A stretch of 64,000 nucleotides of DNA from an uncultured candidate division Zixibacteria bacterium (GTDB lineage: Bacteria; Zixibacteria; MSB-5A5; GN15; FEB-12): contig CAWDXE010000004.1 in NCBI GenBank assembly GCA_963806185.1, positions 96,001 through 160,000 on the forward strand, in the 5' to 3' direction. Below the pieces are notes generated by a model that was given only the letters and a program-made list of their open reading frames with translations, searched no databases and was not told where the DNA came from. Each line of letters starts with the position of its first letter. Within the stretch, counting starts at the first letter, position 1. A program made the translations under genes and the position numbers. This document shows, one piece after another, positions 42,021-51,865 of the stretch.

Positions 42021-42955
42021 GTCAAGTCGCTATACCGGATGTCCACTCGTTCGAACAGATTGTCGAACGCGCTCGCCAGAAGGCAGCCGCCCGCGGCCGC
42101 CGGTGCCGGGTTGCGGTTGTAGCCGCGTCCGACGAGAAGACGCTGTGCGCTCTCGCCAACGCCAACCAGACCTGCATCCTCGATTACTGCGTGATCGGTG
42201 ATCGTCAGGAATTCCATAATGCCGCCCGCAAGATTGACCTCCCCATGGCGCCGACTGCGGTCTACGAAACCCCGACTGCCACCGCGGCCATCGGCAAAGC
42301 TGTAGCTATGGCCGCCGCCGGTGAGATCGACGTCATCGTCCAGGGACGCATGGTCCCTGCGCAGATGCTCACGCAACTCTTCCACTCCACCGACGCCTTC
42401 CTCGTCAAAGGACAGACTGTCTCCCACGTGGGGATATTCAAACCGAAGAAATATCCGAAGTTGCTCATGATCACCGATGGTGCCGTGGTCGTGCAACCCG
42501 ACCTTCCCACCAAACTGAATCTTATCGGCAACATGATCAAGGTGTCCAACACGATCGGTATCCCCAACCCGCGCATCGGCCTCCTTGCCGCCGTCGAAGC
42601 CGTTTATCTGCAGATGCCCGTCACCACCGAAGCGGCCATCATCGCGAAAATGGCCGAGCGTGGTCAAATCAAAGGAGCGTTCGTCGACGGTCCGCTCTCG
42701 CTGGATTGTGCGGTCGACATGGACGCCGCTCTCGGTAAGGGGATAAGAACCTCTCAAGTGGCCGGTCAGGCCGATGGACTGGTAGCTCCCAATCTCGAGA
42801 CCGCGCACGGCATCTACACCGCCCTTTCACTGTTTGGCTCTGAAGCTTCGGCCGGCGTTGTTATCGGCGGCATCACACCTGTGGTGATCTCGGCGGCAGT
42901 CGACTCGATCGAAACCCGCTACCACTCCTTGCTGACCGCCTCGTTGTTCGTCTAA
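42017..42955 (+). CDS. second phosphate acyltransferase (Ptb-like) paralogue
   Basis: VSHV, ITDGAV, AAVE, RGQIKG, DGPLSLD, PNLE; lacks the C-terminal SR motif. Confidence 0.8.
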   Translation: MSQVAIPDVHSFEQIVERARQKAAARGRRCRVAVVAASDEKTLCALANANQTCILDYCVIGDRQEFHNAARKIDLPMAPTAVYETPTATAAIGKAVAMAAAGEIDVIVQGRMVPAQMLTQLFHSTDAFLVKGQTVSHVGIFKPKKYPKLLMITDGAVVVQPDLPTKLNLIGNMIKVSNTIGIPNPRIGLLAAVEAVYLQMPVTTEAAIIAKMAERGQIKGAFVDGPLSLDCAVDMDAALGKGIRTSQVAGQADGLVAPNLETAHGIYTALSLFGSEASAGVVIGGITPVVISAAVDSIETRYHSLLTASLFV

Positions 42956-43004
42956 GTTTGTGGCCTGCCGCAACTAATACCCGCTGGGCCGATTCAAACT
43001 TCGC

Positions 43005-43033
43005 TTGACCCCGACGTTGAATCGGCCTATTTT
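43005..43033 (+). promoter_or_regulatory. sigma70-like promoter
   Basis: TTGACC, 17 nt, TATTTT; GAGGA before GTG 43069. Confidence 0.45.
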
Positions 43034-43068
43034 GCACTCTTTACACCGTTCAGCCACGAGGACTACCA

Positions 43069-44148
43069 GTGATTTACGGCATTATCATGGCGGGCGGCAA
43101 AGGCGAGCGCTTCTGGCCGCTCTCCCGTGCTGACCGCCCGAAACAGTTTCTCTGCCTCACGTCTAATAAGACTATGCTCGCAGAGACTATCGAGCGTGTA
43201 ACGCCGCTTATCCCTTTGGAAAATGTCCGTATCGTCACCGGCGAATCGATGACAAAACTGATTGTCGACTCCGCCGCCTATGTCTCCCCAAAACAGTTGC
43301 TCACCGAACCGATCGGCCGCAACACCTGTCTCGCCATCGGCCTGGCTGCGGTACATGTTCAACATGAAGATCCACACGCCGTCATGGTTGTGCTCTCGGC
43401 TGACCACCTCATCCGACCACCCGAACGTCTGCTGAAAATCCTTCAGCACGGTACCGCCATCGCCGCTTCAGAGGACAAGTTAATCACGATGGGTATTGTC
43501 CCGACGCGCCCCGAAACCGGTTATGGCTACATCAAACTCGGTGAACAATATGCTATCCCTGGCGACGGCGCTGTCTACCAGGTGTCTGCTTTCGCCGAAA
43601 AACCCAAGGCGGCCGTGGCCCAGGAATATTATTTCTCCCGCAAGTATCTCTGGAATGCCGGCATGTTTATCTGGTCGGCGAAATCAATACTCAGCGCCAT
43701 CAATAAGTGCCAACCGGAAATCGGTGAACTCCTCACCCGGTACGCCCGTACCATCGGAACCTCCGGTGAACAAGCAGCGCGCAGGGAATTGTATCAGAAG
43801 GCCCCTTCCATCTCCATCGACTATGCCGTTCTCGAGAAGGCCGACAACGTCCTCACCATCAAGGCTGACATGCTCTGGGATGATATCGGCAGCTGGAATT
43901 CGCTCGAACGGTACAAGGAGAGGGATAATGAAAACAACACCGTGTCAGGTTTGGTCACCCTGCACGAAACCTATGAATGCACGGTGCACAACGACGCCGA
44001 CGGCCTGATTGCCTGTCTGGGAATCTCCGACCTCGTGGTCGTACGCTCCGGTGACATCACCCTGGTCGCCCATAAAACCAAGGTCGGTCAGATCAAGGAA
44101 CTTCTCGCGAAGCTGAATGAAAACGAAAACCTGCGCAAATATCTCTAG
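43069..44148 (+). CDS. manC: mannose-1-phosphate guanylyltransferase
   Basis: IMAGGKGERFWPLSR, PKQFL, EPIGRNT, ADH, PETGYGYI, FAEKP, WNAGMF, SIDYAVLEK, WDDIGSW. Confidence 0.93.
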   Translation: MIYGIIMAGGKGERFWPLSRADRPKQFLCLTSNKTMLAETIERVTPLIPLENVRIVTGESMTKLIVDSAAYVSPKQLLTEPIGRNTCLAIGLAAVHVQHEDPHAVMVVLSADHLIRPPERLLKILQHGTAIAASEDKLITMGIVPTRPETGYGYIKLGEQYAIPGDGAVYQVSAFAEKPKAAVAQEYYFSRKYLWNAGMFIWSAKSILSAINKCQPEIGELLTRYARTIGTSGEQAARRELYQKAPSISIDYAVLEKADNVLTIKADMLWDDIGSWNSLERYKERDNENNTVSGLVTLHETYECTVHNDADGLIACLGISDLVVVRSGDITLVAHKTKVGQIKELLAKLNENENLRKYL

Positions 44149-44737
44149 CCTCATCCTGCTGGCCGTCCTCGTAGTCGCCGTGGCCGCTACCGTCTTCGCT
44201 GCTCCGCGCAAGGCACAGCCGGCTCGGACTCACACCGAACGGGGGTACGACCCGCTCGAACTTCCCGCGGACACTCGCATCGTCCCCAAACTTTCCTCCG
44301 GCTCAAAGGCCTCATCGGCCGACTATGCCGGCACTCAAACCGGCAACACGCACCTTGATTCGGCTACCGCCGCCGCTGTCGATTCCGCTTCCGGCCGTAT
44401 CTATCGCATACAGATTTTCACCAGCAACTTGTTCGGCGAGGCCCGCCGCGCTGCCACCGTCGCTGAAGAGATTTTCGATCAGTCGGTGTATCTCGACTAC
44501 GACATCCCCTATTTCAAAATTCGCGTCGGCGACTTTGCCCGTCGCCGGGATGCCGAGGATTATCAGCGAAAAGTTACTACCGCCGGCTACCCAACCGCTC
44601 TCGTCGTCGCCGTCAATCCTCTCGTCCGGCAAGCACCCCCGCTCTATGATAGTCTTGCCGCGCCCGTCCCCCCCGATACATCCACCATCAAAGACACGTC
44701 CGTTACCAAGAAAGACACATCAAAAACTCGTGAGTAG
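44117..44737 (+). CDS. SPOR domain protein
   Basis: Signal peptide; YRIQIF, PYFKIRVGDF, GYPTALVV. Confidence 0.8.
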   Translation: MKTKTCANISSLILLAVLVVAVAATVFAAPRKAQPARTHTERGYDPLELPADTRIVPKLSSGSKASSADYAGTQTGNTHLDSATAAAVDSASGRIYRIQIFTSNLFGEARRAATVAEEIFDQSVYLDYDIPYFKIRVGDFARRRDAEDYQRKVTTAGYPTALVVAVNPLVRQAPPLYDSLAAPVPPDTSTIKDTSVTKKDTSKTRE

Positions 44738-45371
44738 TCAAACCCGTCGAATCAATCCGCAACAGCCGGAATCGGCCATCATCGCCAAAGCATCCTCATT
44801 ACTCCGTCAGGGTGACCTCGTCGTCGCCCCCACCGAAACTCGTTATGGCTTGCTCGCCCACGGCGATGACCCGCGCGCCGTCTCTCGCCTCTACCAGCTG
44901 AAAGGGCGACCGTGGAACATACCCACCGCTCTTTTTGTACCCAGTATAGAAGATATGTCCCGCTACGGCCACGTATCCGCTGTCGCACAACGACTTGCCG
45001 AACAGTTCCTGCCCGGGCCGCTCACCCTCGTCCTAAAAGCTGTTGTTGACTGGGCGGCCCCGCGTGTCGTAGATGGAAAAATCGGAATCCGGGTCAGCCC
45101 CGCTCCGGTTGTCGTCAGCCTCCTCAAAGAGGTCGGTGCGCCGCTCACCGCCACCTCGGCCAACCTGACGGGTAAGCCGGATGGCGTCACCGTGCAGGAG
45201 ATTGCCCGTGCCCTGGGAACTGGTGTCGCACTTTACCTCGACGGGGGCAAGCTGGAAGGCCCGGTGTCGACTGTGGTCGATTGTTCGACCGACACACTCA
45301 CCATTTTGCGGGCCGGCGCGATCGCCGAAGAGGAGATCCGACGAGTAGCTTCGATGGTTGGAACAGTATGA
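44730..45371 (+). CDS. tsaC: L-threonylcarbamoyladenylate synthase (Sua5/YrdC)
   Basis: PTETRYGL, LKGRP, PGPLTLVL, ATSAN, STVVD, LRAGAI; GTG start 44730. Confidence 0.9.
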   Translation: MSSQTRRINPQQPESAIIAKASSLLRQGDLVVAPTETRYGLLAHGDDPRAVSRLYQLKGRPWNIPTALFVPSIEDMSRYGHVSAVAQRLAEQFLPGPLTLVLKAVVDWAAPRVVDGKIGIRVSPAPVVVSLLKEVGAPLTATSANLTGKPDGVTVQEIARALGTGVALYLDGGKLEGPVSTVVDCSTDTLTILRAGAIAEEEIRRVASMVGTV

Positions 45372-45862
45372 GTGATCGCTATACCATAATGTTCGTTTGC
45401 ACCGGCAATACCTGCCGCTCGCCTATGGCCGAGGCCGCCCTCCGTGTCCTGCTCGATAAGCAGCGACCGGGCCAATTCGACGTGATCTCGTCCGGCGTCT
45501 CCGCCGCCAGCAACTTCCCGGCGACCATGTACGCTGCCGAGGCGGTCAAGATGTGGGATGGCGACCTCAGTATGCACCACTCACAGCAACTGTCCCGCTC
45601 ACTCATCGAGCGTTCCGACCTGATTCTGGCGATGTCGCCCGAACATTTCAAGGAAATTGCCAAGCTCGCTCCGTGGGCTACCGACAAGGTCTTCCTCTTT
45701 AAAAGTTTCCCGCAAGCTGGCGGAAAGGGGGAAGGCGTGTTTGATCCGATCGGTCAGGGACTCGACCGCTACAACGAAACCTTCATTGAAATCGGCGAAG
45801 TCCTGGGTCAGATTCTCCCCGAAATTGTAAAACGTATTGATGCCAAGAGCAATGTCGCGTAG
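45368..45862 (+). CDS. low molecular weight protein phosphatase, YwlE-like (arginine phosphatase signature)
   Basis: FVCTGNTCRSPMAE, SDLILAM, DPIG. Confidence 0.85.
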   Translation: MSDRYTIMFVCTGNTCRSPMAEAALRVLLDKQRPGQFDVISSGVSAASNFPATMYAAEAVKMWDGDLSMHHSQQLSRSLIERSDLILAMSPEHFKEIAKLAPWATDKVFLFKSFPQAGGKGEGVFDPIGQGLDRYNETFIEIGEVLGQILPEIVKRIDAKSNVA

Positions 45863-46685
45863 AACATTCGTTATCCGCTCGCTTTTCGTCGCGGCTGCTC
45901 TGGCTGTTGCTGCTCCCGCGGCCTATGTCATCTTCTGGAATCCCACGACCGCCTCGGCTGCCAGCGAACAATCCGCACCCGCCGACACCACCGCGCCCCT
46001 CGGCCGGGTGATTCAGAATGATGCCTTTGGCGTGGGTGAGAAACTGACCTTTGATATCAACTACGGCTTCATCAACGCCGGCGAGGCCTCCCTGGAAATC
46101 ACCAAGCTCGTCAACTGGCAGGGCCGACCGGCCTACCAAATCGTCAGCCGCGCCAATTCAAACAAATTCTTCTCTACCTTTTACAAAGTGGAAGATCGGG
46201 TGGAATCCATCACCGACGCGACCGGACTCTTCAGTTGGCGTTTTGAAAAGAACCTCTCCGAGGGCAGCTATCGCGCCCATCGCGTCCACGTCTGCGATCA
46301 GCAGAACAACAAAGTCACCTATAACGACAGCTTGATGGACGTTCCGCCCTATGTGCAGGATGCGCTCTCCGGACTCTATTGGGTCCGTACCCAGCCGTTG
46401 GAACCGGGTAAGTCGCTCTTCCTCGATAGCTTTGTGGACGGCAAGGAACTTCATATGGAAGTCAAAGTGCACAAACGCGAATCGGTCACCGTTCCTGCCG
46501 GAACCTTCGAGTGTATCGTCGTCGAGCCTATCACGCAATCGGTGGGCGTCTTCCAGCACGAGGGGAGTCTCAAAGTCTGGCTCACGGATGATCGTCTCCG
46601 CATGCCGGTGCTCATGAAATCCAAAGTCGTCGTCGGCTCTATCGCCGCCGAACTCAAAGAATATACCCTCGGCGAAATAGAATAA
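45852..46685 (+). CDS. DUF3108 domain exported protein
   Basis: GEKLTFDINYGFINAG, FYKVED, VPAGTF, VWLTDD, PVLMKSKVVVGS. Confidence 0.8.
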   Translation: MSRRTFVIRSLFVAAALAVAAPAAYVIFWNPTTASAASEQSAPADTTAPLGRVIQNDAFGVGEKLTFDINYGFINAGEASLEITKLVNWQGRPAYQIVSRANSNKFFSTFYKVEDRVESITDATGLFSWRFEKNLSEGSYRAHRVHVCDQQNNKVTYNDSLMDVPPYVQDALSGLYWVRTQPLEPGKSLFLDSFVDGKELHMEVKVHKRESVTVPAGTFECIVVEPITQSVGVFQHEGSLKVWLTDDRLRMPVLMKSKVVVGSIAAELKEYTLGEIE

Positions 46686-46726
46686 TCTTTAGACAATTGA
46701 CTTTTCACGTGATTATCGAATATTGT

Positions 46727-46858
46727 CCCGTCGTGACATTGGTCACCGACCCTACCGCAAGTGACGGTGGGTGCGTTACGTGTATCGGGCATCAGCAATT
46801 GATGAGTCCGTATCTGGTCTGAGACCCGGAAGGTGAATCGACGGCGCGGACTCATCAC
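46727..46858 (+). promoter_or_regulatory. structured 5' leader, candidate cis-regulatory RNA of unknown class
   Basis: Follows TTGACT/AATATT promoter-like boxes; hairpins GTGAC/GTCAC, CCTACCG/CGGTGGG and TGATGAGTCCG/CGGACTCATCA abutting the RBS. Confidence 0.45.
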
Positions 46859-46869
46859 GGAGACTCCTC

Positions 46870-48405
46870 ATGGCTAAACTAGTTGAATGCGTTCCGAATT
46901 TTTCCGAAGGACGACGTAAAGACGTCATCGATCAGATCTGCGCCGCTATCACCTCGGTCGAGGGTGTCACTCTCCTCGATCATGAAATGGACGCCGACCA
47001 CAACCGCGCCGTCGTCACCTTTGTCTGCCACCCCAGCCTCGCCGTCGAGGCCGCTTTTCGCGGTTATCAAAAGGCCGCCGAATTGATCGACATGCGCACT
47101 CACAAAGGCGAACACCCGCGCATGGGCGCCTGCGATGTTTGCCCCTTTATTCCGCTCTATGAGATGACTATCGAGGACGCCATCGAGTTGGCCCGGCACC
47201 TCGGCAAACGGGTAGGGGAGGAGCTGCAGATCCCGGTCTACTTGTACGAAGATGCCGCCACCTCGACCGCCCGCAAGAATCTCGCCATCGTCCGCGCCGG
47301 CGAATACGAGGGCATTCGCGATTCCATAGAAACCGACCCGATCCGCAAGCCCGATTTCGGCCCCGCGAAAATGAATCTCAACGCCGGCTCAACGGCTATA
47401 GGTGTCCGTTTCCCGCTGGTTGCCTTCAACGTCTATCTCGACACCAACAAGAAGCTGATCGCCGACAAGATCGCCGACGCTGTACGCAGCCTGACCGGCG
47501 GCTATCGTTTCGTCAAAGCCCTCGGTTTCGAAATTACCGCCCGCAACCAGGTCCAGATTTCTATGAATTTGGTCAACTACACGAAGACGCCGATCTTCCG
47601 CGTCTTCGAAACGATCAAGAGCGAGGCCGCCCGCTACGGCGTCAACGTCGTTTCTTCCGAAGTCATCGGCCTTCTGCCGGTCGACGCTATCGTCGACGTC
47701 GCCGACTTCTACCTCCGGTTGGAGAACTTCTCCAAAGCGCAGTTGCTGGAAGAAAAATTGAAAGCCGTCTCTCCTTCGGCGGCGCTTACCGCCGGACCGC
47801 AGGACACTTTCTATGATCAAGTCGCCTCGTCGTCACCCGCCCCCGGCGGCGGTTCCGTTTCCGCCTCGGCGGGTGCGCTCTCCGCGGCCCTCACCGCAAT
47901 GGTCTGCCGCCTGACCGTAAACAAGAAGGCCTTCGCCGAGGTGAAGGACGAACTCAGCGACATCCGCGACAAAGCCGATCTGCTGCGTGCCGAACTCACC
48001 CGGCTTATCGACGACGACAAAAACGCCTTCAACGCCGTTATGGACGCCTACAAAACCGCCCGTTCCGCCTCCGGCGATTCCGGCAAACAAATAATCGGTG
48101 ATGCCCTCAAGCTCGCCGCCGAAACGCCGCTCAAAGTCATGCGCAAATCGGTTGAAGTGATGGAACTGGCGGTCGTCGTCGCGAAAAAAGGGAACCAAAA
48201 CTCGATTTCCGATGCCGGCGTGGCCGGACTGATGGGCCAGTCGGCCGTCGAAGGGGCTGGCTACAACGTCAGAATAAATATCAAGAGCGACGGCTGGATT
48301 GACACCCCCTATGGCGAGAAACTCCGCGCCGAAGTCGCCTCACTGCGCAGCCGGGCTCGTCAGCTGGCCGGGCAAATCGCCGAACTTGTCGAGGCAAAAC
48401 TCTGA
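46870..48405 (+). CDS. ftcD: bifunctional glutamate formiminotransferase / formiminotetrahydrofolate cyclodeaminase
   Basis: LVECVPNFSEGR, DADHNR, HKGEHPRMGACDVCPF, VQISMNL; second domain PAPGGGSVSA, GNQNSISDAGVA. Confidence 0.95.
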   Translation: MAKLVECVPNFSEGRRKDVIDQICAAITSVEGVTLLDHEMDADHNRAVVTFVCHPSLAVEAAFRGYQKAAELIDMRTHKGEHPRMGACDVCPFIPLYEMTIEDAIELARHLGKRVGEELQIPVYLYEDAATSTARKNLAIVRAGEYEGIRDSIETDPIRKPDFGPAKMNLNAGSTAIGVRFPLVAFNVYLDTNKKLIADKIADAVRSLTGGYRFVKALGFEITARNQVQISMNLVNYTKTPIFRVFETIKSEAARYGVNVVSSEVIGLLPVDAIVDVADFYLRLENFSKAQLLEEKLKAVSPSAALTAGPQDTFYDQVASSSPAPGGGSVSASAGALSAALTAMVCRLTVNKKAFAEVKDELSDIRDKADLLRAELTRLIDDDKNAFNAVMDAYKTARSASGDSGKQIIGDALKLAAETPLKVMRKSVEVMELAVVVAKKGNQNSISDAGVAGLMGQSAVEGAGYNVRINIKSDGWIDTPYGEKLRAEVASLRSRARQLAGQIAELVEAKL

Positions 48406-48408
48406 GCG

Positions 48409-49245
48409 ATGTCCAGTAAACTCGACCTCCACATGCATACCTTCCACTCCGACGGGGCTTACTCGCCGGAGTCGCTCATGGCTATCGTCCGCGCCGCCAA
48501 TCTGGTCGCCTTTTCCGTCACCGATCACGACACCATGCGCGGTTATCACGACGTCACATCGCTGCTCAAACCCGGCGATCCGGAACTGATCCCCGGCGTT
48601 GAATTGTCGGTCACCTTGGACGACACCGACATTCACATGCTCGCCTACCTGTTCGACCCGCACGACACCGAGTTCACCGCTGCCCTCGAGGACTATCGCG
48701 TCAAACGCGAAGCCCGCGGCCGTCAAATGGTTGAAAAGTTGCGCAATCTCGGTCTCGATATTACCTTTGATCAGGTCGCGCTGGTCGCCGGTGATTCCGT
48801 GATCGGGCGGCCCCACGTCGCCACCACCTTGCACCAGTTGGGCCACACGTCGGTGTATGAGCAGGCGTTTTACAAATACATCGGTCCCAAGGGACCTGCC
48901 TATGTCCCCAAGGCTGTGCTCAGGCCCGAGGATGCCATCGCCCTTGTTCACCGGGCGGGCGGCGTCACCGTCCTCGCGCACCCCTTTATCGCCGACACCT
49001 GGCGATTCCTTGATCGCCTTGTCCCGCTCGGTCTCGACGGTCTGGAGGTGTGGCATTATTCTCAGGACACAGCCCAATCCGAGCGACTCAAAACCATGGC
49101 CAGGAAGTATAACCTTGTGACGAGCGGTGGCTCCGATTTCCACGGCCGCGACGCCCGCGAGGGCACCGTCGGCTCCGTTCGCGTCCCGCTCGACGTCCTT
49201 GATAGACTCAAAGAACGCGCCCAGCGCATACGAGGTCACGCGTGA
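48409..49245 (+). CDS. PHP domain phosphoesterase (TrpH/YciV-like)
   Basis: DLHMHTFHSDG, TDHDT, PGVELS, GRPHVA, LAHP, GGSDFHG. Confidence 0.9.
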   Translation: MSSKLDLHMHTFHSDGAYSPESLMAIVRAANLVAFSVTDHDTMRGYHDVTSLLKPGDPELIPGVELSVTLDDTDIHMLAYLFDPHDTEFTAALEDYRVKREARGRQMVEKLRNLGLDITFDQVALVAGDSVIGRPHVATTLHQLGHTSVYEQAFYKYIGPKGPAYVPKAVLRPEDAIALVHRAGGVTVLAHPFIADTWRFLDRLVPLGLDGLEVWHYSQDTAQSERLKTMARKYNLVTSGGSDFHGRDAREGTVGSVRVPLDVLDRLKERAQRIRGHA

Positions 49246-51344
49246 AAACATCCCTCTTGATTCCGGGTCTTCTCCTCATTGCCGCCACTGCCTTTGCGCA
49301 GTCGTCGTCCCAACCGCTCAGTCAGGAAGCGCAACGCCGCATCGTGGCCGATTACCTGTTTGCGATGGGTCAGCTCGACTCCCGAAACCCGCTTGCCTCT
49401 GCCGTCTCGGTCGAACAATCCGGGGCGCCGCTCAAGTGCGCTACGCCGGCCATTCTCGCCTTCCAGACCCATCGCCGCCAGATCGATCCCGCCATCCTCG
49501 GTAGTCTCTCTGCGACCGCCACCACCCGCCCGATAAATGACTATACCTACGACACCCCCGGCGGTCACTTCAAGATTCACTACTCGAAGTCGGGTCTCGA
49601 CGCGGTATACCAGCCGACCACGGATGGCAACGGAAACGGCGTTCCCGACTTTGTCGACGGCGTCGCCCAGGCCGCCGAATACGTCTACAACTCCCAGGTA
49701 AACGTGATGGACTTCACGGCGCCGCCGGCCGATGATTTCTACACCGAGGGCGGTGACGCTCGCTACGACATCTACCTCAAGGCCGTCTCGTCCACCTTCT
49801 ATGGTTTGGCCTATCCCGATGTTATCGTCGGCGATTCGTTCACCTCGATCATCGCCACCTCGTTCATCGTCCTCGATAACGATTACAGGGACATCGAGGC
49901 GTACAAAGACCGTCCGCTCGATGCCGCGCGCGTTACGCTCGCCCACGAATTCTTTCACGCCGTCCAGTTCGGCATCGACTTCACTGAATTCGACGAGGGC
50001 CCGAATGGTACCCCCGACCGCCCCTGGTGGATGGAAATGTCCGCTACCTGGATGGAAGAGCACCTGTACGACGGTATCAACGACTACTACGCCTATCTCC
50101 CGTATTTTTACCGGGACCCCCGAGCCTCCTTGCAGCAATTCAAGACCGGCTTTGATGCCCACGCATACGGGGCTGTCGTCTGGCCATTGTACCTGAGTCA
50201 GAAGTTCGGCGACGGCATCATCAAGGCCATTTGGGACAAGTGCGGCCAACTCGGCCTCGGCTCGCACGCTCTGATAGCTTTTGATCAGGAAATCGACTCG
50301 ATCAGCGCCAACACCATGGGGTTCTCCACCGCCTTTAACGAATTCAACGTCTGGAATTTCTTTACCGGTGAGTACGCCCCGGCGGCCCCGAATAACATCG
50401 GCTTTGCGGAGAAAGAAAACTATCCCGTCATACCCGTCGATTCCATGGCCCGCCACGACACCTATCCGTTCCTCGTCGTTGACGCCGGCAATCCTTTCCG
50501 ACCTCAGTTTAACGGCGTAACCTATGTCCGGTTCGAGGATGCGTCGTCGGTGCTCAGCGACTACTGGCATTGCACTGGCGCCTACGACCCCGACCACTGC
50601 GATTCCCTCAAAGAAGATACCGTCTCTTTGGTCGAAATCGATTCCCTCTGCTGTAATTACGACACCGCCTTCTCATTTCTCGCCTTCGGCCGCAATCAGA
50701 ATCTCCCGTGGGTCCTCAGTCTGATCTATCAACTGGAATCCCCGCCCGATTCATTCTTCGTGGAGCAGTACCCGATTGAAAACACCGGCTCGACTTTCTG
50801 GACGCTCGGTACCAGCGACACGGTCATTGTTCCCCACAATCCCAAACGCTATCGTTCCGTGACCTTAGTTGCCACCTCCAATACGAGCAGTTACCAGTCC
50901 TACCAGATCAACAAAGTTGTTGAATTTGCCTACGCTGGGTTGGATTCCACGGACTCTCCGGTCAATCGTACTACGACCACCTTGGGCGTGCTCACCCCTT
51001 ACCCCAATCCTGCAGTGGTCGGCCAAATGAACGGTCGTCCGATGACTTTCCGTTTCCAGTTGCCGCTCGACAGCCTCGGCGCACCCGACGCTTCCCTCAT
51101 CAAGATGAAGATGGATGTCTTCAGTCTCGCCGGTGAGCGCGTCGCTTCCGTCGAGGGCATCTTCAACGGCAACGACAGTCGCGGCACCCACCCGCATGGT
51201 GTCTTCTCGGCCGAATGGGATATGACCACCGACAGTCACCAGCCGGTTGCCTCCGGCGCTTATCTGGTGTACGCCCGATTGTACACCGATCCCGAGGGCG
51301 ACCCCGTCGCTGAAAAACGAGTCAAAGTAGCGGTAATTCGATGA
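49242..51344 (+). CDS. secreted zinc metalloprotease (MXAN_6640-like) with T9SS-type C-terminal domain
   Basis: Signal peptide, KCATP, GHFKIHY, NGVPD, AHEFFHAVQF, WMEMSATWMEE; C-terminal PYPNP...SGAYL...KVAVIR. Confidence 0.8.
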   Translation: MKTSLLIPGLLLIAATAFAQSSSQPLSQEAQRRIVADYLFAMGQLDSRNPLASAVSVEQSGAPLKCATPAILAFQTHRRQIDPAILGSLSATATTRPINDYTYDTPGGHFKIHYSKSGLDAVYQPTTDGNGNGVPDFVDGVAQAAEYVYNSQVNVMDFTAPPADDFYTEGGDARYDIYLKAVSSTFYGLAYPDVIVGDSFTSIIATSFIVLDNDYRDIEAYKDRPLDAARVTLAHEFFHAVQFGIDFTEFDEGPNGTPDRPWWMEMSATWMEEHLYDGINDYYAYLPYFYRDPRASLQQFKTGFDAHAYGAVVWPLYLSQKFGDGIIKAIWDKCGQLGLGSHALIAFDQEIDSISANTMGFSTAFNEFNVWNFFTGEYAPAAPNNIGFAEKENYPVIPVDSMARHDTYPFLVVDAGNPFRPQFNGVTYVRFEDASSVLSDYWHCTGAYDPDHCDSLKEDTVSLVEIDSLCCNYDTAFSFLAFGRNQNLPWVLSLIYQLESPPDSFFVEQYPIENTGSTFWTLGTSDTVIVPHNPKRYRSVTLVATSNTSSYQSYQINKVVEFAYAGLDSTDSPVNRTTTTLGVLTPYPNPAVVGQMNGRPMTFRFQLPLDSLGAPDASLIKMKMDVFSLAGERVASVEGIFNGNDSRGTHPHGVFSAEWDMTTDSHQPVASGAYLVYARLYTDPEGDPVAEKRVKVAVIR

Positions 51345-51865
51345 CTGGCGGACCGCGCCTATTGACCCGTATTGCTCTGTTTTCGGCGCTCATTTTCGTC
51401 TTGTCGTGGGGCACGGCTTACCTGCCCAATGTCAAATTCACTTTCTTCATAGTCTTTTGTGCCGGCTTCCTCTGGGGAGCCGGTCCCGGTCTCATGGTCG
51501 GCGCCATCGGTACCGGCCTCTGGACCTGGCTCAACGCCTATGGTCCGGCGCCGCTCCCGATCATGCTCGCCCAGATCATTGGGAGCGCCGCCTGCGGCCC
51601 GGTCGGCGCCCTCTTCCGACGGTTCAATCTGTTTACCCGTGGCAAATCGACTGTTGCCCTCGCAATGATCCTCGCCGCTTTGCTCTGTTCGCTCTGTTTC
51701 TATATCCCGGTGAATGTTGTTGATGCCTGGCTTTTCCAGCCCTTCTGGCCACGCTTTGTCGCCGGCTCAATCTGGATGCTCGTCTCTCTGGCCGCCAACA
51801 TGCTGATTTTCCCATTGCTTTTCCCCGCCCTCAGGCTGTTACATGCGAGGGAAGAGGCAGCATGA
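51341..51865 (+). CDS. ECF transporter S component (CbrT-like)
   Basis: 174-aa very hydrophobic protein; RIALFSAL...PNV N-terminus, GxxxG in helix 3. Confidence 0.72.
   Translation: MTGGPRLLTRIALFSALIFVLSWGTAYLPNVKFTFFIVFCAGFLWGAGPGLMVGAIGTGLWTWLNAYGPAPLPIMLAQIIGSAACGPVGALFRRFNLFTRGKSTVALAMILAALLCSLCFYIPVNVVDAWLFQPFWPRFVAGSIWMLVSLAANMLIFPLLFPALRLLHAREEAA

Noticed and set aside
46727..46800. ZMP/ZTP riboswitch or tRNA before ftcD
   Set aside because: GTCGTGAC resembles the ZTP start but the GACTGGCG and CGCCTGGGC pseudoknot elements are missing; there is no T-loop or acceptor end for a tRNA
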